DNA of 64,000 nt from a virus. This document shows positions 57,701 through 64,000 of this stretch, in pieces. The stretch spans positions 10,057 through 74,056 of IMG/VR virus record IMGVR_UViG_3300017917_001687; one strand, 5' to 3'. The first letter of the stretch is position 1. Each line of letters begins with the position of its first letter. A program made the translations under genes and the position numbers. Below the pieces are notes generated by a model, which worked only from the letters and a program-made list of their open reading frames with translations, had not been told where the DNA came from and ran no database searches.

Positions 57701-59078
57701 AAGTGTTAGTGGAATATGTGTTGAGGTAACTAGTGGTGATGAATATTATTGTGAAACCCCGACTGGTAACACATTTGTTTCTGATGTTTATGTTGAGGTT
57801 ATTGGAACAAAAACAGGTATACAAAGTGATCCTAATGGTTGGCCATTTTACATTTATGCAAATTGTTTAAGTGGTTATAATCAAAATGCGGATGTGTACA
57901 TTGAGAGAGTTGTTGGTGAAGAATGTAAATTTAAAATAACAGGTGTAAGTAGTAACGATGTTATTGATTTCAATATTGTTGATGCTGCCAATAGTGAGGT
58001 TAAATTCAGGATAGATGGACTACAAGTAAAATTTGTTCATGATCCTTGTAATAAAAGCCATGTTGAAATATTTGAAATTGTTGGGTGGCAGGGTACACCT
58101 ATAACTCAAATATCATACAATAAAGGTGTGACGTATTGTGATAATTACACAGGTTATACATTACAACCAATTGTTGAGTATCAAAGTAGTTTTGATTATG
58201 GTATTGGATGTGAAACTAAGGTATTGGTTGTTGAGTCAGGTTTAACGATTAATAGTGGAACAACTGTCCAAGATATTGTTGATTATATAAGTGGTGGAAC
58301 CATAACAGAAAAGAATGTTTGTGATTTAGATGTAAACGAATACATTCTTTCTGTCGAACATATTCCATGTTCTGGATTCACTTTTAGTAACATTCAAAAC
58401 GCACTGAATAATAGTTATAAGTTTTCATTTAATTATGTAAAACTAAAGGTTACAAGTAAAGAGTGTTTAGGTAGTGTAAAAACTAGTTTAATAACCGGAT
58501 TAACAAAGAATGATACATATGAGGTGTTTGAGGTTTTACCAACAACACAACTACGAGTATATACCAATAAAATAATAGAAGATTTTGGTTCTGTAACCAA
58601 CGGTTCTTATTTCTTTGATGATAGATTCCCTGAAGAATTACAACCAAAACCAACAAACTTCATTGAACCTTGCTGTGATCACCCGAAAGAATTATATAAA
58701 AATGGTGATTTCTTAATAACCAAATATGGTGAATTAATTGAGGTTATTAGTGTTGATTTAAATTATTGTGAAACAAACTTATACTACAACTTAAACTTAT
58801 CAAAAAACAATATTCCATTAAACACTCAATTTTTGATTGTTTTAAATGGTAATAATAGTGAACAAATTTTGATGAAGCATAAGTATGAAAAACACTTAAA
58901 TAATGGTTTTTACACGGGTCAATATTACACAACGTCAGGTTGTACATACGAACCAACTTGTGAAGAATTATTACCACCAGTTCCAACACCATCTGTAGAA
59001 ATATTAATAAACCCAATGATAACTGAAAATGATGAATACATTTCCGTTGGGGACAATGAATATTTAAAATATAATTAA
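54762..59078 (+). CDS. Baseplate wedge protein, gp7/P2 gpI-like core with Cys-rich C-terminal half
   Basis: VPDVLLKNLAENLG...YRRLLVNLAYIYKSKGTRGSIDFFLKFLG..IRIDEY matches the gp7/gpI-type motif. Confidence 0.65.
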   Translation: MAKRKIPNQAASGAETFSDFLVGRQITDGTSSLTNSVFALDKSIPEKDSKTFKTNPFSEYITLSNLKQETVSNVTTSNSSTRRRTDTVQFRTNKKRGDKSLFGSLKSRILVSLTNIIQNFPAGLQIISDRPIGSNTYSAFNITYDDSLNRTTFFVENSKIFNPFDIGFIPPLSDIAPTSMNPIRDFYSSYTNYVLDLSNQTYPVVGYTQPDNNNQIKLVVFGKPFTGTTYTPNLLIRPNDGVVEEFFGSLDDLEGALLNRDSNPIYTTSFQVPKDNEDTSKTSLITVQYSWPVSSDGWNIQIDGLDYENYVNNLSDIGDEVDDYKSNLTVRFLAAPQLFEFDTEDKKAESVFQLYGQSFDSVKKYIDNIAYMRNVSYDAVNNVPDVLLKNLAENLGLSTINLFDQKSLDEVLYSRLESNYDGVATGTNLVEAEYEFYRRLLVNLAYIYKSKGTRGSIDFFLKFLGAPEPLIRIDEYIYRVTSMPSSFDLEKDIYDVIQGQKVYTYGEFNTTAFTYNSISYTGTTSFDREGYPVDELTGLPRRAFNQTEGIFYGAGAGWYDETLSHRSPLVLDNENSVLTGRTKTIKTKNKPYTYGEDYFDVFRTLPGLDTGYGLTSEIDNSKGKPREDDPSLILNRKNIGVYISPARALDYDIYRQGRDLLIAFGSNTLYPQTGATFAEYVDNFIHKLVTNSNKIRYKKNYIQLEDVYRDYISQTGFTPYYQIDVTEFVERISPYWMQLVEQLVPSTTQWTGGNLVDNNLFGRPKYWYRLGCQPAQFIENLYPDFESAIEEDLETILGEENNFRNLINLTGVTYYPVVEIDGIKYGGPTYSGYTNSMSIVVSGTTNTTNSAKLFNVFPMTGCTSLNSGDTTNMALICDYKDYLSPDVVKIKQLWLSAIEELVSTITLTRNSAGYDDYAPYTATTGQTYYVEEIPLLYYETYIDKDGDEKILFTSVKYGPNQCSVSDYLDYRFESEYSVSKSVSGICVEVTSGDEYYCETPTGNTFVSDVYVEVIGTKTGIQSDPNGWPFYIYANCLSGYNQNADVYIERVVGEECKFKITGVSSNDVIDFNIVDAANSEVKFRIDGLQVKFVHDPCNKSHVEIFEIVGWQGTPITQISYNKGVTYCDNYTGYTLQPIVEYQSSFDYGIGCETKVLVVESGLTINSGTTVQDIVDYISGGTITEKNVCDLDVNEYILSVEHIPCSGFTFSNIQNALNNSYKFSFNYVKLKVTSKECLGSVKTSLITGLTKNDTYEVFEVLPTTQLRVYTNKIIEDFGSVTNGSYFFDDRFPEELQPKPTNFIEPCCDHPKELYKNGDFLITKYGELIEVISVDLNYCETNLYYNLNLSKNNIPLNTQFLIVLNGNNSEQILMKHKYEKHLNNGFYTGQYYTTSGCTYEPTCEELLPPVPTPSVEILINPMITENDEYISVGDNEYLKYN

Positions 59079-59108
59079 TAATCAAACTTTTTATAATATA
59101 AAAAAACT

Positions 59109-61202
59109 ATGGCACTAACAGGAAAAACAATTGGCGAATTAAACGCATTAGATTACACAACCAATAACCTTTTACTTCCAGTTGAGGAGGCAGGTTTAAC
59201 TTATCACATTCCTTTTTCAGGGATAAACTATACTGAAACGGTGTATTCAGGATTAACACTTGCAATGAGTACTAGTGAATTAACTCCAGGACAATACTAT
59301 TTGATTACTGATTTCAAAACTTGTTATGACCAACCTGACTTTGATTCAACAGGTACTGCAATCACCACTGGAAATTATAAACAAGGTAGTGTTTCACCAA
59401 TACTTGTATTAGCAACAGGAACAGATACAATATCACAACTAGCATACCAACCACAATATTCAGGTGATACGATTTATTATGACCCATATTTCTCAGTAAC
59501 AGAAGTTACAGGTGGCGATGCGTTTGGTAGAATCACATATAGAATTGACGATCAAGGAAACGCCTTTGACTATGACTTTAGGGAAGTTTTATTCAAGAGG
59601 TATAACACCTACAGTGCTAACAGTAGTTATGATGGTACGGTTAGTATTGATGGTTCAGGTAATGTTACAGGTGTGAATACATTCTTTACAAATCAAAGTA
59701 ATGGAAACGTTATAGGTGTTGTAAATTCTAATAGTGCATACGGAGTAGATTTTTATGAAATCGTTTCGATTACTTCAGATACTAGTATGGTTGTTACAGG
59801 AAATACAATTACAGCTATTGACAATACTCTATATACTCCATCAACAAATGAAAGCGGGATGTCCTATAAAAAAAGTAATATAATTTCAAATACAGGTTTT
59901 ACGGAATACAATACTTTTACGAGCTACAGTAGTTGTTTTAATAACACTTGCGGAAACAAAGTAGGAACCACAATAGAAGATGGGTACGATTTTTTATTAT
60001 CAAATAACGTTTTTAGAAGTAGTCCATATATTGATAATTCATTTGGAAGTTATTTTAGGAATAACACATTCAACGATGATTGTACAGGTAACACAATCAA
60101 ATATCGTTTTTATAATAACGTTATTGATAATGATTTTGATAATAATGTTATTACATCAAGATTTCACAATAATATGATTGTTGTTGATTTTAATGACAAC
60201 TATGTTCAAAATAATTTTTACAATAATAATTTAGGTGACGATGACGGAACCAGTTTTACCGATAATATTATAAACGGAAATTTTAATGGTAATTTTTATA
60301 CAGGTTATGATCCTTTTCAATATAATACAATAAACGGAAGTTTTTATAATAACAAAATATTACGTAGGTTTGATAACAATAATATTCAATCATTCTACGA
60401 TAATATATTAGAAGGTTCATTTAATAATAACCAAATTGGTGAGAATTTTTATGGAAACACTATTAAAGGAAGTTTTGGTGATAACGTACTTGGACGAAAT
60501 GTTTATAATAATACTTTCTATGGTAATTTCACAACAAATACTGGTGGACCAAACATTTACGCCAATTATTTTTACAATAATGTTTTAGTGAATAATTTAG
60601 GTTCTGATTTCTATAGTAATGATATAGGAGATATTGATAATATTCAAAACTTTAGTTTTGACCAGAATTCATTTCAGGGTAATTGTCGTAATAACACTTT
60701 TACAGGAAATACTCAATTTAATAAAATCGGACATGAGTTTTACAGTAACATAATAGCAACTAATTTTTCATATAACCAAATTGGTGATTATTTTAATAAT
60801 AATACAATTGCTAGTGATTTTGGTTACGGAGGTGGAAACTATAGGGGTAATGTAATCGGTAACGGATTCCAAGGTAATACTATTGGAGAATATTTCTATG
60901 ATAACACAATTGGTGACCAATTTACTCTTAACACAATTCCAGATTTTTTCATAAATAATAAAGTCTCTTACGGAATGAATTCTACGATGTTTGGAGATTC
61001 CGATTCTTCAGGTCAAACTAGAAATAATAATTTCACATTCACCCAATTTTCAGAAGATTTAAGACTTGCGGGTGGTGTTGGTGGAAATCCAATACTTTAT
61101 ACTGATATACCTGTAAATGTTGTAAAAGACGCATCAATCGGTGGTTCATATGTAACTTTCTTAAGTGGTGGTACTATTGTGGTACAATCAATAACCATAT
61201 AA
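59109..61202 (+). CDS. Tail fibre/spike protein with Asn-rich parallel beta-helix repeats
   Basis: ELTPGQYYLITDF N-terminal module, then repeated N.IG..F..N.I / NN.F units from about 59940 to 61040. Confidence 0.65.
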   Translation: MALTGKTIGELNALDYTTNNLLLPVEEAGLTYHIPFSGINYTETVYSGLTLAMSTSELTPGQYYLITDFKTCYDQPDFDSTGTAITTGNYKQGSVSPILVLATGTDTISQLAYQPQYSGDTIYYDPYFSVTEVTGGDAFGRITYRIDDQGNAFDYDFREVLFKRYNTYSANSSYDGTVSIDGSGNVTGVNTFFTNQSNGNVIGVVNSNSAYGVDFYEIVSITSDTSMVVTGNTITAIDNTLYTPSTNESGMSYKKSNIISNTGFTEYNTFTSYSSCFNNTCGNKVGTTIEDGYDFLLSNNVFRSSPYIDNSFGSYFRNNTFNDDCTGNTIKYRFYNNVIDNDFDNNVITSRFHNNMIVVDFNDNYVQNNFYNNNLGDDDGTSFTDNIINGNFNGNFYTGYDPFQYNTINGSFYNNKILRRFDNNNIQSFYDNILEGSFNNNQIGENFYGNTIKGSFGDNVLGRNVYNNTFYGNFTTNTGGPNIYANYFYNNVLVNNLGSDFYSNDIGDIDNIQNFSFDQNSFQGNCRNNTFTGNTQFNKIGHEFYSNIIATNFSYNQIGDYFNNNTIASDFGYGGGNYRGNVIGNGFQGNTIGEYFYDNTIGDQFTLNTIPDFFINNKVSYGMNSTMFGDSDSSGQTRNNNFTFTQFSEDLRLAGGVGGNPILYTDIPVNVVKDASIGGSYVTFLSGGTIVVQSITI

Positions 61203-61240
61203 ATAAATCTTTTACTAAGGATGTATTATTAGTTTAATGG

Positions 61241-61248
61241 TATTTATA
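61241..61248 (+). promoter_or_regulatory. Putative late promoter TATTTATA
   Basis: 32 nt before ATG 61281. Confidence 0.5.
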
Positions 61249-61280
61249 ATATGTAACAAAAAGAGGTAAAAAAAATAATA

Positions 61281-63368
61281 ATGGCGGCATGTTATAAATA
61301 TAATATAAGTATAAGTAGTACAGATACCGGTTCTGCGACTGGCAATTCGGATCCTGCTAAGGATTATCGTGTTTTTGTGGATTATATCGATTGTGATGGA
61401 AATTCACAAACTCAATCATTTTCAACTGGTAGTTATGAACTATGTTTAGATGACACAAATGGAGCACCATCATTATATTATTTTCAAAACAACACACAAA
61501 ACTCCGCAACAAATAGTTCGGCAACTACGAGTGGTGATGTGTGTACCGCAACATCAAATTTCTATAGTTGTTGTGATACTGGTGGAACAATATATAGTAC
61601 TTTAAGTGGTTTTCAATATGAGGTTGGTAATGTTTATAGTGACGGTGCCGAATGTTATGTTGCTACATCAGATGGACCCGCAACAGAAACAGTTGATGAC
61701 ACTGGTCCAACATGGATTCAACAACCTAGTTGTGAGGCTGAATGTCCAAGTTGTCCAACCCCAACCCCAACGCCAACCCCAACCGAAGAAAAACCCGTTG
61801 TTAGCCCATCTGAAACTCCGACAAATACACCAACACCTACCGAAACTCCAACTGAAACACCAACACCTACCGAAACTCCGACAAATACACCAACTCCAAC
61901 TATAACACCAACAAATACTCCAACTCAAACTCCAACAAATACCCCAACTCAAACTCCAACAAATACACCAACCCAAACCCCAACAAATACTGTCACTAAT
62001 AGTGTTACACCAACCGAAACACCAACAAATACACCAACCAATACGGTTACTCCAACCGAAACTCCAACCCAAACACCAACTAATACTGTCACTCCGACCA
62101 ATACACCTACGAATACTGTTACACCAACAAATACTGTTACCTCTAGTATAACTCCAACTGAAACACCAACCCAAACTCCAACAAATACCGCCACTCCGAC
62201 TAATACACCAACAATTGGTAGTTCTGCAACTCCAACACCAACCATAACTGAAACTCCAACCGAAACCCCTACACAAACACCAACAAATACTATTACACCA
62301 ACCATAACTGAAACACCAACCAATACACCAACCGAAACTCCTACACAAACACCAACAAATACTATTACTTCTAGTGTAACCCCAACCAATACACCTACCG
62401 AAACACCAACAAATACACCAACTTCTAGTGTTACACCAACAGTAACCCCAACCAATACACCTACCGAAACTCCAACAAATACACCAACTTCTAGTGTTAC
62501 CCCAACCGAAACTCCTACACAAACACCAACCTCTAGTGTTACACCAACAAATACCCCTACCCAAACACCAACAAATACCCCTACAAATACTGTTACTTCT
62601 AGTGTTACACCAACCAACACACCAACCAATACTCCTACCGAAACTCCAACTAACACACCAACAAATACTGTTACCTCTAGTATAACTCCAACTGAAACAC
62701 CAACCAATACTCCTACCGAAACTCCTACACAAACACCAACTTCTAGCATTACACCAACAATTGGTAGTTCTGCAACTCCAACACCAACAATAACTGAAAC
62801 TCCAACCGAAACTCCAACCGAAACTCCAACAAATACTCCAACAAACACACCAACAAAAACCCCTACCAACACACCTACTGAAACCCCAACCCAAACCCCA
62901 ACCACAACACCAACAAACACAGTAACACCAACAAATACCCCTACCCAAACACCAACAAATACCCCAACCACAACACCAACAAACACAGTAACACCAACAA
63001 AAACACCAACCCAAACTCCAACAAATTCTGTAACACCAACAAACACAGTAACACCAACAAAAACACCAACAAATACTCCAACAAATTCTGTAACACCTAC
63101 ACATACACCAACAAACACACCTACTCCAACACAAAATTGTACACAATTTGTGATAACTTTAGCCTCGGGGTATACTAACACAGATGCGGGACCATTTAAC
63201 ATATCTGGTGTAACAAGTACATCTGAGATTGTATTATTAGCCGTTGGGGTTACTAAACAAGAGTTGATTAATGGTTACGTTATTAGTGATTGTTTTGGGA
63301 TAATCGGTGGAACGGTTCAAAGTATTGGACCATGTACAAATTCCGTACAGTACACCATACCAACATAA
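61281..63368 (+). CDS. Mucin-like virion protein: Cys-rich head, ~450-aa Pro/Thr stalk, small C-terminal domain
   Basis: TPT(N/E/Q/K)TPT repeats from about 61757 to 63135 flanked by Cys-containing domains; late-promoter motif at 61241-61248. Confidence 0.8.
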   Translation: MAACYKYNISISSTDTGSATGNSDPAKDYRVFVDYIDCDGNSQTQSFSTGSYELCLDDTNGAPSLYYFQNNTQNSATNSSATTSGDVCTATSNFYSCCDTGGTIYSTLSGFQYEVGNVYSDGAECYVATSDGPATETVDDTGPTWIQQPSCEAECPSCPTPTPTPTPTEEKPVVSPSETPTNTPTPTETPTETPTPTETPTNTPTPTITPTNTPTQTPTNTPTQTPTNTPTQTPTNTVTNSVTPTETPTNTPTNTVTPTETPTQTPTNTVTPTNTPTNTVTPTNTVTSSITPTETPTQTPTNTATPTNTPTIGSSATPTPTITETPTETPTQTPTNTITPTITETPTNTPTETPTQTPTNTITSSVTPTNTPTETPTNTPTSSVTPTVTPTNTPTETPTNTPTSSVTPTETPTQTPTSSVTPTNTPTQTPTNTPTNTVTSSVTPTNTPTNTPTETPTNTPTNTVTSSITPTETPTNTPTETPTQTPTSSITPTIGSSATPTPTITETPTETPTETPTNTPTNTPTKTPTNTPTETPTQTPTTTPTNTVTPTNTPTQTPTNTPTTTPTNTVTPTKTPTQTPTNSVTPTNTVTPTKTPTNTPTNSVTPTHTPTNTPTPTQNCTQFVITLASGYTNTDAGPFNISGVTSTSEIVLLAVGVTKQELINGYVISDCFGIIGGTVQSIGPCTNSVQYTIPT
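61757..63135 (+). repeat. Low-complexity Pro/Thr coding repeat
   Basis: Degenerate 12-nt units (e.g. ACACCAACAAAT); a longer block [23 protein letters not shown] occurs twice (about 62205 and 62751). Confidence 0.9.
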
Positions 63369-63389
63369 AAAAATAAATAAAAATTTTGA

Positions 63390-64000
63390 ATGTCTAGTTT
63401 AAATATAAAAATATGTGATATTGTTTCTGATGGTTTATACACGATGAGTTATAAAACAGGAGCAAATCCTTGCCCAACAAATGACGGATTTACAACAATT
63501 GGTACTGGATTGACTGCATCAACAATAACTTTAACGGGTTTAACATTCAATACACAATATTGGATAAAAATGGTTGATGAGACCACTAACAGATATATAA
63601 TAAGAAATATAGAAACAAACCATAGTAAAACATTTCCGTGTTATGATACCATGTGTTTTAATGTTGAGGCTGATTGTGATATTTTTGAGTGCCAATGTAA
63701 AACATTCAACATTGAATTTTCACAAAATTGTGATGAGATACTATATTTCACATCGTGTGATGGAGATCCTATGGCGGTTCAGGCTAATTATTTTCCGGAA
63801 TACTCAACAACAACATTTAGTGGTGGAACATTTGTATATGTTTGTTCATGTACAACACCGGTGATTGATTGTACTGGTGTGACAATAACACAAGTAAGTT
63901 CTACTTGTATTGCCGCACCAACCCCAACCCCAACAGTAACCCCAACAAAGACACCAACCCCAACCCCAACAGTAACCCCAACAAAGACACCAACCCCAAC
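63390..64000 (+). CDS. Second Cys-rich / Pro-Thr mucin-like protein (3'-truncated; absent from the ORF track)
   Basis: MSSLNIKICDIVSDG...TGLTFNTQYWIKM (FN3-like)...FTSCDG...VCSCTTPVIDC...[17 protein letters not shown], open to the window end; 36-nt tandem repeat at 63918-64000. Confidence 0.8.
   Translation, partial: MSSLNIKICDIVSDGLYTMSYKTGANPCPTNDGFTTIGTGLTASTITLTGLTFNTQYWIKMVDETTNRYIIRNIETNHSKTFPCYDTMCFNVEADCDIFECQCKTFNIEFSQNCDEILYFTSCDGDPMAVQANYFPEYSTTTFSGGTFVYVCSCTTPVIDCTGVTITQVSSTCIAAPTPTPTVTPTKTPTPTPTVTPTKTPTP

Noticed and set aside
61668-63202. Long minus-strand ORFs (492 aa Cys/Trp-rich and 417 aa Val/Gly-rich)
   Set aside because: Antisense shadows of the Pro/Thr repeat, which lacks stop codons in those frames.
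306-63864. Remaining short ORFs nested in or antisense to long genes (e.g. 6994-7455, 29987-30433, 35204-35641, 63643-63864)
   Set aside because: They overlap well-supported genes, show no recognisable motifs and are expected by chance.
1-64000. Stop-codon reassignment, as in some large phages
   Set aside because: Genes are full length and densely packed under code 11, and TAG (polymerase) and TGA (propeller ORF) serve as real stops.

Overview
AT-rich 64 kb segment of a large T4-like (contractile-tailed, probably jumbo) phage genome read in the standard bacterial code; I saw no tRNA, CRISPR array or IS element. Order: glycosyltransferase fragment; a 2287-aa polyprotein of four methyltransferase and five glycosyltransferase domains; family B DNA polymerase; neck, SNF2 helicase, head-closure and tail-terminator genes; sheath, tube, assembly chaperone, tape measure and baseplate hub; a replication block (gp32-like SSB, RecA/UvsX, 5'-3' exonuclease, DnaB/gp41, class II RNR); gp25/gp6 wedge; then large baseplate/fibre and Pro/Thr-rich mucin-like proteins. 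The best candidate for an undescribed system is phage-encoded virion O-glycosylation: a [S/T]-G-x-T motif occurs about 100 times (manual count) in predicted outward-facing virion proteins but is almost absent from enzymes, tail tube and tape measure, in a genome that also encodes the glycan-building polyprotein and mucin-like stalks. Other signals: A10 tracts at three polyprotein domain junctions, a probable UUU_CGC +1 frameshift in the tail chaperone, a frameshifted tail-terminator/propeller fusion, a TATTTAT(A/T) late-promoter motif, a CTAG array inside an inverted repeat, and two genes missed by the ORF track. All product calls come from recognising motifs by eye; no database search was run.
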